Positions 9,251 through 19,411 are shown, numbered from the stretch's first letter. The stretch is 64,000 nucleotides of DNA from Minisyncoccota bacterium (GCA_041666545.1 JBAYGS010000001.1:89942-153941); one strand, 5' to 3'. Notes: a model not told the origin generated them from the sequence alone. Translations and numbers: made by a program.

Positions 9251-10087
9251 TCACTCCAACTGAAACTGAACCGACCTGATTCGAACCCAGCCCTCGGCCA
9301 ATTTCGGCTCGAGATAGGCGCGAACCATTTTCTCGAAGGCAATCTGCTGTTCGTAATCCATCGGATTGCTAAACTTCGCGAGCTCCTTGCTGTTTTGGAA
9401 CTGGAAGTTGTAAAGATGAAACCGGACACAGTCGGCGATGCTGCCCAGGTGCCTTTCCGCTCCCATTTTGCGCTTGAAGGCCGTCGCCTGGACCTTGGCC
9501 CGCGGACTGCCACCTTCGCTGTAAACGATTTGGTAAGAGATTTGCTGGACCTTGGGATTTTCGGTGACTGGTCGAACCACCATGGCGACCTCCACCGTCT
9601 GTTCGTGATAGTCGGTCAGGTGATAGCCCTGGCCGGTCCAGAGCTTCAAATCCGAACGGCGAACAAACTCACCGTGTCGGAAAATCCTCAAAACATGGCC
9701 TTCCCGGTTCTCAAGCATTGTCATGGGTTTGACTGTTTCGAATCGAAACTCTGACAACAGGACAGGCGGCAATGTTCCGAGGAGGACCAACACCATCGAG
9801 AGAATGGACAGTGACAAAACAGTTGCAAAGAACATCACCCGCCGACTCCGGCCGTGAGAGAAGACCGAGTAAAGGGTTGCTTTCTTGCGCACTTGGCGTA
9901 GCAAAATAATTCCACCAAAAAGTACACACAGGCCGCAGAAGACCGGGGACATTAACCAGAAGATGCCTGCACCATCCAAATTTGCGATGTCTAGGCTTAG
10001 TTGATCGAGAAGGTTCATAATTTCAGTCTGATTTGATTTTTTAGGGGAAGTAGCAGTGCCAGATCCCAACGGTTCTATTTCTAACAA
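9251..10087 (-). CDS. membrane-anchored protein, paralog 2 (possibly SPFH/band-7-like)
   Basis: Same architecture and conserved blocks as 8343..9116. Confidence 0.45.
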   Translation of the reverse strand: MLEIEPLGSGTATSPKKSNQTEIMNLLDQLSLDIANLDGAGIFWLMSPVFCGLCVLFGGIILLRQVRKKATLYSVFSHGRSRRVMFFATVLSLSILSMVLVLLGTLPPVLLSEFRFETVKPMTMLENREGHVLRIFRHGEFVRRSDLKLWTGQGYHLTDYHEQTVEVAMVVRPVTENPKVQQISYQIVYSEGGSPRAKVQATAFKRKMGAERHLGSIADCVRFHLYNFQFQNSKELAKFSNPMDYEQQIAFEKMVRAYLEPKLAEGWVRIRSVQFQLE

Positions 10088-10227
10088 TACAGATTAAATT
10101 AGAGTTGTCAACATCGTTTTAAAGCCATTTTTGCGGTACTATATTGGGACAAATCCTAAGTTTAGAGGTTTGAAAGTTTTGAAGTCAGAGTCGCTGGCAC
10201 TAAATTTTTGAACTATGAACCAACAAA

Positions 10228-11472
10228 ATGCGCCAGTCACAACTTTTCACTAAATCACGCAAAGAGGCTCCAAAAGATGAGGTGGCCAAGAACGCCGAAC
10301 TTTTGATTCGAGCCGGTTTTATCAATAAAGAAATGGCCGGTGCCTATTCTTATTTGCCTTTGGGCTTAAGGACTTTAAACAAAATTGTTGGGATCATCCG
10401 CGAGGAGATGAACGGCTTGGGCGCCCAGGAACTTTTTTTGACGGCGCTACAAGAAAAAACTGTTTGGGAAAAGACTGACCGCTGGAGCGACGATAAAGTT
10501 GATAACTGGTTTAAAACTAAATTAAAAAGTGGCACTGAATTAGGCTTAGGTTTTACTCACGAGGAACCACTGACGGCCTTGATGAAAAATCACATCAGCT
10601 CTTTTCGGGATTTACCACTCTCAGCCTACCAATTCCAAACCAAATTTAGAAATGAAGCCCGCGCCAAGAGTGGCATTTTGCGTGGTCGAGAATTTTTGAT
10701 GAAGGATTTGTATTCTTTTTCTAAAGACGAAAAAGAGCACAATGAATTTTATGAAAGGGTTAAGGGCGCTTACAGTCGAATTTTCCAAAAAGTCGGCTTG
10801 GGTGATCAGACCTATGTGACTTTTGCTTCCGGAGGAAGTTTTAGCAAATATTCCCACGAATTCCAAACTCTGACCTCAGCCGGTGAAGATAATATTTATG
10901 TTTGTAATTCCTGCCGCATCGCCGTCAACGAGGAAATTATTAAAGATCAGCCAACCTGTCCGAACTGTAAAAGCGACAAACTCGAAGTCAAAAAAGCGGT
11001 TGAAGTCGGCAATATTTTCAGTCTTGGCGATAGGTTTTCCAAAGCCTTGGATTTGGTGTATCTTGATCAGGCCGGCGTTAAGAAACCGGTGATTATGGGC
11101 TCCTACGGCATCGGCCCAGGCCGAGTCATGGGTACCATTGTTGAGATTAATTCCGATGAAAATGGCATCATCTGGCCAAAAGCGGTGGCACCCTTCCAAA
11201 TTCACCTGATTTCAGTTGACGGTGGCAAGCCGGAGATTAAGGAAAAGGCGGAGAAAATTTATGAGGCTCTACTCAAAAGTGGCACGGAAGTTTTGTTCGA
11301 TGACCGAGAATTGCGCGCCGGCGAAAAGTTTGCCGAAGCCGATTTGCTGGGTCTCCCGCTTCGAGTAGTCGTGAGTGATAAATCCTTGAAGGCTGGTGGC
11401 GTGGAAGTCAAAGAGCGCAAGGGTGGGGCAGTCCGAATTGTGGCAGAGGAGCACATTTTAAGCCAGGTCTAA
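10228..11472 (+). CDS. proS: prolyl-tRNA synthetase, short form without INS editing domain
   Basis: N-terminus QLFTKSRKEAPKDEVAKNAELLIRAGFI, class II motifs, only 414 aa. Confidence 0.85.
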   Translation: MRQSQLFTKSRKEAPKDEVAKNAELLIRAGFINKEMAGAYSYLPLGLRTLNKIVGIIREEMNGLGAQELFLTALQEKTVWEKTDRWSDDKVDNWFKTKLKSGTELGLGFTHEEPLTALMKNHISSFRDLPLSAYQFQTKFRNEARAKSGILRGREFLMKDLYSFSKDEKEHNEFYERVKGAYSRIFQKVGLGDQTYVTFASGGSFSKYSHEFQTLTSAGEDNIYVCNSCRIAVNEEIIKDQPTCPNCKSDKLEVKKAVEVGNIFSLGDRFSKALDLVYLDQAGVKKPVIMGSYGIGPGRVMGTIVEINSDENGIIWPKAVAPFQIHLISVDGGKPEIKEKAEKIYEALLKSGTEVLFDDRELRAGEKFAEADLLGLPLRVVVSDKSLKAGGVEVKERKGGAVRIVAEEHILSQV

Positions 11473-11582
11473 AATACCAATCTGCGAATTTGATTCCCAT
11501 CAACTAATATCCGAATGGGAAGTTTTTCTCCTATTAGTTATTCGTAGATTGGGATAAAATTCGTGGATTGGTATTACATTTT

Positions 11583-12644
11583 ATGAAAAGAATTATAAAT
11601 AAATTTGGCGAGATGTTTTCCCAGGATATCGGTATCGACTTGGGCACGGCTAATACTTTGGTTTATGTGAGTGGGGAAGGCATCGTCATCAACGAGCCGT
11701 CGGTAGTCGCTATCAACCAAAAAACCGGACGCGTGGTCGCCGTCGGTAGTGAGGCCAAACAAATGCTCGGCCGCACACCGGCCCACATCGTGGCGGTACG
11801 CCCGCTCGTTGACGGGGTCATTTCCGATTTCGAAGTGACCGAGGAAATGATTCTCTACCTTTTGAATAAAGCCCAAGGTGGGAAAAAGAAATTTTTTGGC
11901 CCGCGCGTGGTAGTCGGCGTGCCGTCCGGTGTCACCAATGTCGAGACTCGCGCTGTGCGTGACGCCACCAAAAACGCCGGCGCCAGGGAAGTTTTGATTG
12001 TTGAGGAGCCGATGGCCGGCGCAATCGGCATTAAACTGCCGGTAATGGAACCGGTCGGCAATATGGTAATCGACATCGGCGGAGGTACTTCGGATATCGC
12101 GGTGATTTCACTCGGCGGGATTGTGCGCTCGAAAAATTTGCGCGTGGCCGGCGACCGATTGAATAATGATATTATCGCTTACATCAGAAGCGAGTTTAAA
12201 ATTTTGATTGGTGAAAAAACTGCTGAGGAGGTGAAAATTAAAATTGGTGCGGTGATTTCCGGTGAACGCCCGACTGAAGCTACGATCCGTGGCCGAGATT
12301 TGGTGACCGGACTACCTCGCGAGGTAATCGTCACCGATTCGGACATTAGGGAGGCCATGGCTCAATCAATTGACAACTTGCTCGAATCATCAAAGGAAGT
12401 TTTGGAAACCACTCCGCCGGAAATTTTGGCCGATGTCATGCAACGCGGTATCCACTTGGTCGGCGGCGGGGCACTAATCCGTGGCCTTGATCGCCTACTT
12501 TCTGACTATTTGAAAATCCCGGTTTTCGTTTCTGACGATCCTCTAACGGCGATTGCGCGCGGGGCCGGCGTGATTTTGGAAAATTTGCCCCAATACCAGG
12601 AAGTACTTATTGAAAACGAAGATGACCTACCACCTAAGAAGTAG
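11583..12644 (+). CDS. mreB: rod shape-determining protein MreB
   Basis: MKRIINKFGEMFSQDIGIDLGTANTLVYV matches the MreB N-terminus. Actin fold. The ORF is open from 11568. Confidence 0.9.
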   Translation: MKRIINKFGEMFSQDIGIDLGTANTLVYVSGEGIVINEPSVVAINQKTGRVVAVGSEAKQMLGRTPAHIVAVRPLVDGVISDFEVTEEMILYLLNKAQGGKKKFFGPRVVVGVPSGVTNVETRAVRDATKNAGAREVLIVEEPMAGAIGIKLPVMEPVGNMVIDIGGGTSDIAVISLGGIVRSKNLRVAGDRLNNDIIAYIRSEFKILIGEKTAEEVKIKIGAVISGERPTEATIRGRDLVTGLPREVIVTDSDIREAMAQSIDNLLESSKEVLETTPPEILADVMQRGIHLVGGGALIRGLDRLLSDYLKIPVFVSDDPLTAIARGAGVILENLPQYQEVLIENEDDLPPKK

Positions 12645-13410
12645 CTCTAGACGAAGCCGGCCGATTTTTGCCCGATTAGTTTCGATTCTAGTAGTCGTCC
12701 TCCTTCTAGGCTGGTTCGGTAGTCTGGCACCGATCCGAAATTTGGCCATAGATTTGGCCCGGCCATTCTGGGATTTTAAAACTGCTGCTTGGCGGGGCTT
12801 CCTCGTGGACAGCAGTCTAATTCAGGCAAAGCAGTCCCTGATTATTGAAACTGCCGGCCTAAGACAGCAAATTCAAGGTCTGGACGCTAAACTTCTGGAG
12901 TTTAATCGGATTTCCGCAGAGAATCTTGAATTGAAAAATTTACTGGGTCGGAAAGAAATCAACCGATCCGAAATTCTGACACGGGTGATCAGTGGTCCCA
13001 ACCAGACGCCTTTCGACACAATTTTAATTGATCGGGGTGAAGAAAATGGTATTAAAATAGGTGATAGGGTTGTTGCGCTTGGCAGTGTGGCTATCGCCCA
13101 AATAACCGAGGTTTTCACAAACACGGCTCGCGCCACACTATTTTCCTTTCCAGGTAAAAGCGCCGACGCTCTGATTGGCGACAGCGGAGTTATCACCACG
13201 GCTATTGGTCGAGGTGGTGGAAATTTTGAAGCCAAATTGCCCCGAGAAGTCGAGGTTAAATCTGGCGATGCGATTGTAATTCCTGAAATTGACTCCCACG
13301 CCTTCGCCGTAGTTGAGGATGTCTTACTCAAGCCAACCGACTCTTTTCAGACTATCTACTTTAAAAATCCGGTCAATGTCTCCGAGTTAGACTGGGTTAC
13401 TGTTAACTAA
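12610..13410 (+). CDS. mreC: rod shape-determining protein MreC
   Basis: Directly follows mreB. TM segment, coiled coil, then beta-rich C-terminal domain. Confidence 0.65.
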   Translation: MKTKMTYHLRSSSRRSRPIFARLVSILVVVLLLGWFGSLAPIRNLAIDLARPFWDFKTAAWRGFLVDSSLIQAKQSLIIETAGLRQQIQGLDAKLLEFNRISAENLELKNLLGRKEINRSEILTRVISGPNQTPFDTILIDRGEENGIKIGDRVVALGSVAIAQITEVFTNTARATLFSFPGKSADALIGDSGVITTAIGRGGGNFEAKLPREVEVKSGDAIVIPEIDSHAFAVVEDVLLKPTDSFQTIYFKNPVNVSELDWVTVN

Positions 13411-13415
13411 ATCAG

Positions 13416-13700
13416 ATGACAACTCGACCAATATTAACGAGAGTGGTCTCCGGCGTTTTGCTTCTTTTGGCGTTGCTTCTCACGCCGTGGTGGCTGACAT
13501 TTGCTCTCGGTTTGGTCGCAGTTTTTGTTTTTAAAGACTTTTACGAAATCATTATTCTGGGATTCTGCTTCGATCTGCTTTACGGGCCAGGACACATCTC
13601 GGGAGAAATTTTTAGAAGTTTTGCCGGCCTTTTGCTTTCGGCTTCGGTTCTGTTGCTGGCCACGATCATTAAAACTCGGCTGATTGTCTACAATCGTTGA
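13416..13700 (+). CDS. small polytopic membrane protein, MreD-like by position
   Basis: 94 aa, hydrophobic, between mreC and mrdA. Confidence 0.35.
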   Translation: MTTRPILTRVVSGVLLLLALLLTPWWLTFALGLVAVFVFKDFYEIIILGFCFDLLYGPGHISGEIFRSFAGLLLSASVLLLATIIKTRLIVYNR

Positions 13701-13711
13701 TTGGGTGATAA

Positions 13712-15424
13712 TTGAAAACAATGTGGTTTGCTAAAATTAAAAGAATATTTGTGCGACGAGGGATGAGAAGGGGTGGCGAAATCGACCCGGACGAAATTCT
13801 GCTTGACGGCGCCAATTTGCCGGCCTTTGATGTTTACCAATTCGAAGGTCGGCTGGAAAAAGCCATCTCCAAAATTTCAGTGATTTCGGCCGGCATTTTT
13901 TTGCTCCTAGTGGGAGCTTTGTTCGGTGCCCGTATTTGGCACCTACAAATCGCCGAGGGTGCGCTTTACGAAGCCAAGAGCGAGGCCAATCGCTTGCGCC
14001 ACACTCTGGTATTTGCCGAGCGGGGAATTATCTCCGACCGCAATAAAAATCTCTTGGCCTGGAATATTCCAAGCGCCAAGGAAACCCAGTTTTCCCTCCG
14101 TCGCTACGCGCCGATTGATGGCGTGGGCAACCTGTTGGGTTATGTCAAATATCCTTCTAAGGATAGTGCTGGCTTCTACTATCGCGAAGACTTCATCGGT
14201 CTCGATGGGCTGGAAAAGACCTACAACGATAAGCTTGGTGGTCAGAACGGCCTCAAAATCACCGAGACAGATGCCTTGAATAAAATCCAGTCCGAGAGTG
14301 TCCTGCGTCCTCCTAAAGACGGCGAGAGTCTGACTCTCTCAATCGACTCCGGATTGCAATCGGCCATGTTTAAGTTCATCAAGGAATTAGCGAATTCGTC
14401 AAAATTTACCGGCGGGGCCGGCGTAATCATGGATGTTAAAACCGGAGAGCTCGTCGTGCTTACAACCTATCCGGAGTACCAATCGCAGGTACTTACTGAT
14501 GGAGACGATTCGGCGAAAATCGCCACCTTGGTTAATGACAAACGCACCCCATTTCTTTTTCGGACTATCGCCGGACTTTACACCCCTGGCTCAATCGTCA
14601 AACCATTTGTCGCTCTCGGGGCCCTCCAAGAAAATGTGATAGACCCGAGCACAAAAATCTTGAGTACCGGCTCAATCTCAATTCCAAACCAGTATGACCC
14701 GACCAAAAAATCAACTTTTCGAGATTGGCGCGCCCACGGCTGGGTTGATATGAGACAGGCCCTGGCTGTTTCGTCGGATGTTTATTTTTACGAAATTGGC
14801 GGCGGATTTGAGAGTCAGCCCGGCTTGGGAATCTCCCGAATCGATAAGTATGTCAGCTTGTTTGGTCTGGGTAGTGATGTGCCGGGCGAGATGTTCAACG
14901 GGACGGCCGGCACGATTCCCAACCCGGAGTGGAAAGCTGACAACTTTGAGGATAAAACTTGGCGAGTCGGCGACACCTACAACACCGCTATCGGTCAATA
15001 CGGTTTTCAAGTGACACCGCTTCAAATCGTGCGCGCCATTGGTGCAGTAGCGAACGGCGGAAAACTTTTTGACCCGCAAATTATCAGGTCGGAAACTCCG
15101 GCTCAATTTCTGCAAATTCCGATTGACGAAAAACATTATGCCGTGGTGCGAGAGGGGATGCGACAGGCCGTGCTCATGGGCACGACCCAGGCTCTGAATG
15201 TTCTGCAAGTCGAAGTCGCCGGTAAAACCGGTACAGCCGAACTCGGCACCACTAAAAGTTTCGTCAACTCCTGGGTGACTGGCTTTTTCCCATATCGAGA
15301 TCCACATTACGCCTTCGCGGTAATTATGGAAAAGGGACCAGTCGCCAATCTGGTCGGCGCCGCCTATGTAATGCGTCAATTTCTAGACTGGTTATACCAA
15401 AATGCCCCCGAGTATCTTGAGTAG
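13712..15424 (+). CDS. mrdA: penicillin-binding protein 2 (transpeptidase)
   Basis: SIVKP (SxxK), SSD (SxN) and KTGTA motifs, with an N-terminal TM anchor. Confidence 0.85.
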   Translation: MKTMWFAKIKRIFVRRGMRRGGEIDPDEILLDGANLPAFDVYQFEGRLEKAISKISVISAGIFLLLVGALFGARIWHLQIAEGALYEAKSEANRLRHTLVFAERGIISDRNKNLLAWNIPSAKETQFSLRRYAPIDGVGNLLGYVKYPSKDSAGFYYREDFIGLDGLEKTYNDKLGGQNGLKITETDALNKIQSESVLRPPKDGESLTLSIDSGLQSAMFKFIKELANSSKFTGGAGVIMDVKTGELVVLTTYPEYQSQVLTDGDDSAKIATLVNDKRTPFLFRTIAGLYTPGSIVKPFVALGALQENVIDPSTKILSTGSISIPNQYDPTKKSTFRDWRAHGWVDMRQALAVSSDVYFYEIGGGFESQPGLGISRIDKYVSLFGLGSDVPGEMFNGTAGTIPNPEWKADNFEDKTWRVGDTYNTAIGQYGFQVTPLQIVRAIGAVANGGKLFDPQIIRSETPAQFLQIPIDEKHYAVVREGMRQAVLMGTTQALNVLQVEVAGKTGTAELGTTKSFVNSWVTGFFPYRDPHYAFAVIMEKGPVANLVGAAYVMRQFLDWLYQNAPEYLE

Positions 15425-15502
15425 AGTACAAGGGCTTAGTGGGTCCAAAACCCCTAAAGTTGTGAGACCAAGTCATTTGACTTTGGCCCTGATTTCTGTA
15501 TA

Positions 15503-15997
15503 ATGGCTCAACTTTTAACCCAATTTTTTATGGATAAAGAAAAATCTTACCTAACTCAAGACAAATTTAACGAGCTAAAAATCGAGCTAGAAAGCCTCAA
15601 AACTGTGAAGCGAAAGGAGGTGGCAGAAAGCCTGGAAGCGGCCAAATCCTTGGGCGATTTGTCAGAAAACGCCGAATACCAGGAAGCCAGAGAGCTTCAG
15701 GCCCAGATTGAAGACCGTATCGGCTATCTAGAAAATATGCTCAAGACCGCTTCGATTGTCGGATCTCACCACAGCGAAAAGGTTGAGGTTGGTTCTACTG
15801 TGGTTGTCCACAAAGGCAAAGAGAAGACTGAATATAAGTACCAGATTGTCGGCTCCGAAGAGGCCAACATGGCCGCCGGCAAGCTGTCCAATCTCTCACC
15901 GCTCGGGCTCGCCTTGATGGGTAAAAAAGTTGACGAAACATTTACCTTCAAGACACCGGCCGGTGTTGTGAGCTACAAGGTCATCAACATCAAATAG
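15503..15997 (+). CDS. greA: transcription elongation factor GreA
   Basis: LTQDKFNELKIELESLKTVKRKEVAESLEAAKSLGDLSENAEYQEARE is the GreA N-terminal coiled coil. Confidence 0.9.
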   Translation: MAQLLTQFFMDKEKSYLTQDKFNELKIELESLKTVKRKEVAESLEAAKSLGDLSENAEYQEARELQAQIEDRIGYLENMLKTASIVGSHHSEKVEVGSTVVVHKGKEKTEYKYQIVGSEEANMAAGKLSNLSPLGLALMGKKVDETFTFKTPAGVVSYKVINIK

Positions 15998-16007
15998 CAG
16001 AAATTAA

Positions 16008-16033
16008 AAACTCGCGAGACTCGCGAGTTTCTG
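16008..16033 (+). terminator. intrinsic terminator after greA
   Basis: ctcgcgag-ac-tcgcgag followed by ttt. Confidence 0.6.
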
Positions 16034-16038
16034 CGTTA

Positions 16039-16419
16039 TCAGGAAAGACTTTTGGTCTTGCGTCCGGTAATCGAATGATGCCCGACCATTTGCGCAACCT
16101 TTCTGGCGGCAGCCATGAGCTCAACCTGACTTACCGGAGCAGAGAGAAGCGCGGCCGTAGCCAACAATTCGGCATGTCGTCTCTTTTGACAGGCGAAACA
16201 GACTCGAATCTCATTTTTTCCTTCAAATACCGTGGTGGTATTGTAGGTAGATAAGATTACTTCAGGATGCTGACACTTGGGATCCTGGCAATTGGCCCTT
16301 CCCTTGAAACGCTCGATCGGCGGCGACCCCAGACCACTACTTGCCGACCCAAGCGGTATCGCTGTGCCAGCCAGACTCTTAGCTGAAAAGCTATTGTCAA
16401 ACTTTAGGTTAACTTGCAC
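16039..16419 (-). CDS. hypothetical Cys-rich protein
   Basis: 126-aa ORF with CQDPKC and CFACQKRRHAE. No family could be assigned. It occupies an otherwise empty 500-nt gap. Confidence 0.3.
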   Translation of the reverse strand: MQVNLKFDNSFSAKSLAGTAIPLGSASSGLGSPPIERFKGRANCQDPKCQHPEVILSTYNTTTVFEGKNEIRVCFACQKRRHAELLATAALLSAPVSQVELMAAARKVAQMVGHHSITGRKTKSLS

Positions 16420-16539
16420 GCAACTTCCTTTGGTTGTCCTATCCCGACCTCTTGTTCTTTTCTAAATTTATCACTCTGGTATGAAAAAGCAACCCGAAAG
16501 CGCTATAATGGTGATACGGGGCGACCCGTTTTTACATTT

Positions 16540-17232
16540 ATGAAGAACCGAAAATATTGGGTCCCGAGACTAATACCACAAATCCTCCAGCCGATTATCT
16601 GCGCTTTGGCCTGGCTGTTTTTTAAGATTTTCGCCAAAATAGAGTTTCGCGGGACGGAAAAAGTCCGCGCTCTTTCCAGTGGCGCCATTTTTGCCGCCAA
16701 TCATGTGAGCGAGCTTGATGTTCCTTTGTTGCGCATCGGCCTGCCATTTTTCGGACCCTTAGCCCCACTCTATTATGTCTCGCGACCGAAAGAGTTTTAC
16801 ACCAAATCCGGCTGGCGGAAAATATTTTACGGTGGCCTGCTTTTTAGACTGCTCGGTTCCTATCCGGCCTATTCCGGTCATCGTGACTACGCCTATTCCT
16901 TGCAGGATTTTGATTCGCTCTTGAAAGCCGGTCGTAGTGTGGCAATTTTCCCCGAGGGCAAGCGAACTGTGAATGGGGAAATTGACTTTGCCCACGGTGG
17001 CGTGGCCTTTCTCGCCCATACCTACCGAAAGCCGGTAGTGCCGATTGCGATTCACGGTCTTTACAAGCTCAGCCTGCGCGACCTGCTACTATTCAAGCGC
17101 CGGATAGTCATCACTTATGGCGATCCGATTCAAGCCTCCGCCCTGGTACCGCAACAACACCCTACGGTCAAAGATTTTCAAGCCGGTAGCCAATACTTGA
17201 TGGCCAGGATTGCCGAAATGCTTCCGCGCTGA
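16540..17232 (+). CDS. plsC: 1-acyl-sn-glycerol-3-phosphate acyltransferase
   Basis: NHVSELD (HX4D) and FPEGKR motifs. Start taken at MKNRKYW, in frame with the ORF open from 16414. Confidence 0.8.
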   Translation: MKNRKYWVPRLIPQILQPIICALAWLFFKIFAKIEFRGTEKVRALSSGAIFAANHVSELDVPLLRIGLPFFGPLAPLYYVSRPKEFYTKSGWRKIFYGGLLFRLLGSYPAYSGHRDYAYSLQDFDSLLKAGRSVAIFPEGKRTVNGEIDFAHGGVAFLAHTYRKPVVPIAIHGLYKLSLRDLLLFKRRIVITYGDPIQASALVPQQHPTVKDFQAGSQYLMARIAEMLPR

Positions 17233-17263
17233 TATGATTCCAAAATCAATTTAAGCTAAAAAT

Positions 17264-18409
17264 ATGAGGACCCATCTGGAAATTAAAAACGAAACCGAGG
17301 CTAAATTACTCGCCGAAATTCACAAGCGAACGGATTTTAAAGGTATTAGAATTCAAAATCTTTTAAAATTACCAGACCTGACGCTAAAGACAAACTCACC
17401 AATCCGATTTATTGTCGACAAGGTTGTTGCTTTGCCGCGCTTCAAGGATTTCGATATTGTCTCAATTCCCCAAATTATCAGCGTTAAGAACAACTTTGAT
17501 GTCCTAAATACGCCCAAGGATCACCCGAGCCGACGCGAAAGTGACACCTATTACGCCTCGCCGGATATGGTCTTGCGGACCCAGATGACCGATGTCTGGC
17601 CCTTTTATCTCCGCGAACCTTCAATCGTCAAAAAACTCAACAACGACGGGGAAGCGGGGGCGCTTTGTTTTGGTAAGGTTTATCGCAAGGACGAAATTGA
17701 CCGCAACCATTTTCCGGCCTTCCACCAAATCGACGGCCTTTATTTGTGCAAACGCGAGAAGCGAACCATTACCCAAAAAGATTTAGTTGATGTACTGGTC
17801 GATATCGCCAAAAGTCTCTACGGCGAGAAAGTCGAGTGGAAGGTGATTCCGGATGATTTCCCTTACACGCACCAGAGTGTCGAAATGGACATCATGATGA
17901 ACGGCAATTGGCTGGAGATTCTTGGAGCGGGCCTGGTCCGGGATATTGTTCTCGAGAACTTGGGTGTTGACCCAAAAGTTTACAATGGCTGGGCCTTCGG
18001 CTTCGGCTTGGATCGTTTAGCGATGATTAAAATGGGTATCAATGATATCCGAGTACTTTGGTCTGATGACGAAAGAATTACCCGCCAATTCACCAGTTTG
18101 GATTCGAAATTCAAGGAAGTCAGCAAATACCCGCAAGCCGTTCGCGACATCTCCTTCATTGTTGGCAAAGGCGTCGGCCTCAATAACTACTACGAGATTG
18201 TCCGCGACTGTGGTGGCAATTTGATTGAAGAGGTTAAACTACTCGACACCTATGATGATGAGAAAAAATTCGGCAAGGACAACATCAGCTACACTTTTCG
18301 AGTTGTCTACCGTTCTCCGGAGCGAACCCTGACCAGCAAAGAAATTAACGACATTCACGAACAAATCCGCTCCAAAACTGTCTCTGAATTGTCGGCCAAA
18401 CTCCGCTAG
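17264..18409 (+). CDS. pheS: monomeric (mitochondrial-type) phenylalanyl-tRNA synthetase: PheS catalytic core fused to FDX-ACB anticodon-binding domain
   Basis: Class IIc motifs FGKVYRKDEIDRNHFPAFHQIDG and GWAFGFGLDRLAMI. The C-terminal SKYPQAVRDISFIV...YRSPERTLTSKEIN matches the FDX-ACB (PheT B8-like) domain. Confidence 0.75.
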   Translation: MRTHLEIKNETEAKLLAEIHKRTDFKGIRIQNLLKLPDLTLKTNSPIRFIVDKVVALPRFKDFDIVSIPQIISVKNNFDVLNTPKDHPSRRESDTYYASPDMVLRTQMTDVWPFYLREPSIVKKLNNDGEAGALCFGKVYRKDEIDRNHFPAFHQIDGLYLCKREKRTITQKDLVDVLVDIAKSLYGEKVEWKVIPDDFPYTHQSVEMDIMMNGNWLEILGAGLVRDIVLENLGVDPKVYNGWAFGFGLDRLAMIKMGINDIRVLWSDDERITRQFTSLDSKFKEVSKYPQAVRDISFIVGKGVGLNNYYEIVRDCGGNLIEEVKLLDTYDDEKKFGKDNISYTFRVVYRSPERTLTSKEINDIHEQIRSKTVSELSAKLR

Positions 18410-18420
18410 GCATTAAAAAA

Positions 18421-18443
18421 CCCCGACTTGTCATCGGGGTTTG
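18421..18443. terminator. bidirectional intrinsic terminator
   Basis: ccccga-cttgtca-tcgggg, flanked by A-run and T-run. Confidence 0.6.
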
Positions 18444-18447
18444 AAAT

Positions 18448-18521
18448 TGGCAGCGGCGAGGAGACTTGAACCCCTACGGGCGGTTTTGGAGACCGCTGGC
18501 CTACCATTAGCCGACGCCGCT
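18448..18521 (-). tRNA. tRNA-Trp (anticodon CCA)
   Basis: Hand-folded cloverleaf: acceptor AGCGGCG/CGCCGCU, D-loop AATGGTA, anticodon stem GCGGU/ACCGC with loop CUCCAAA, T-loop TTCAAGT, discriminator G, encoded CCA. Confidence 0.8.
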
Positions 18522-18584
18522 GCAAGGAAGCTACTCTGTGCCAAGGTTATCACAATTAGGAATCATGACAACTTTACAAATTAC

Positions 18585-19355
18585 CTAGTTGTCATTTAAT
18601 TTTTTTGCAGAAAAGCCGAAAATATCTTTGTACCTTTTTTCCCCAAATAGGACTGGGTAAAAATCCTGTGTGGCCTTAATCTCAGTTTTGTTCGAAGGAT
18701 TAAAACCATAGACCTCGCCCTTTTTAAAAACTTTCAAATTCTCAACACCTTTTGTCAGACGGAAGCCCCTCGGTTTTGGGACAGTGGCATAGACTTCGAG
18801 AAATAATTTCTTCTGCTCCGGATTTAGGCCAGATCGATCTAAAATTTTAAAATGCTGAAGTATCAGAAGAATGGCATTTCGAGTATCCTTAAAAGTCTTA
18901 GTGCTTCTGTCTTTGCCAAATTCGAGTCCAATCCCAATTCTCGCGTTTGATATCAGGGCATTTTTTTCGGTTGCCTTCATGTAGAGAACATTTTTTGCAT
19001 TCGTAGCCTTAACAACTTTCATTGTCTCAGCATCAAGTTTGGTGACAATCACGCAGGATTTAAGCTCGCTTTCAGTAGAGTGAACATCTATTACAACATC
19101 GTAGGATTTTATCCTAGGTAACAACTGATGAGCTAAGCGCTCCTCATAAGTGCCATCCTTCCTTCCGGGAAACGACCGGTTAAGGTCAGACTCGATAAAG
19201 CGCTTCCTTTCTTTAACCGCTCGCTCGTTGGCAATCATAAAATCAACCCTACCTTTTGACAGGTCGAGTTCCTTTAAAGAAGCGATCACTCTCTGGCCCA
19301 GGCTTTCTGTGCCATGAGTGCCACCATTAATTAATATTGATGTCAGTTTTTTCAT
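18585..19355 (-). CDS. succinylglutamate desuccinylase/aspartoacylase (AstE/AspA) family zinc deacylase
   Basis: N-terminal INGGTHGTE (the GGxHGNE-type motif) and a conserved downstream His. 256 aa. Confidence 0.55.
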   Translation of the reverse strand: MKKLTSILINGGTHGTESLGQRVIASLKELDLSKGRVDFMIANERAVKERKRFIESDLNRSFPGRKDGTYEERLAHQLLPRIKSYDVVIDVHSTESELKSCVIVTKLDAETMKVVKATNAKNVLYMKATEKNALISNARIGIGLEFGKDRSTKTFKDTRNAILLILQHFKILDRSGLNPEQKKLFLEVYATVPKPRGFRLTKGVENLKVFKKGEVYGFNPSNKTEIKATQDFYPVLFGEKRYKDIFGFSAKKLNDN

Positions 19356-19411
19356 ATGTATAAAAAAGGTTCCTTAAACTAAGTGGTAAAAGGAACCCTG
19401 AATATTTAGGA

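Noticed and set aside
14711-15379. 222-aa minus-strand ORF
   Set aside because: It is antisense within mrdA (PBP2).
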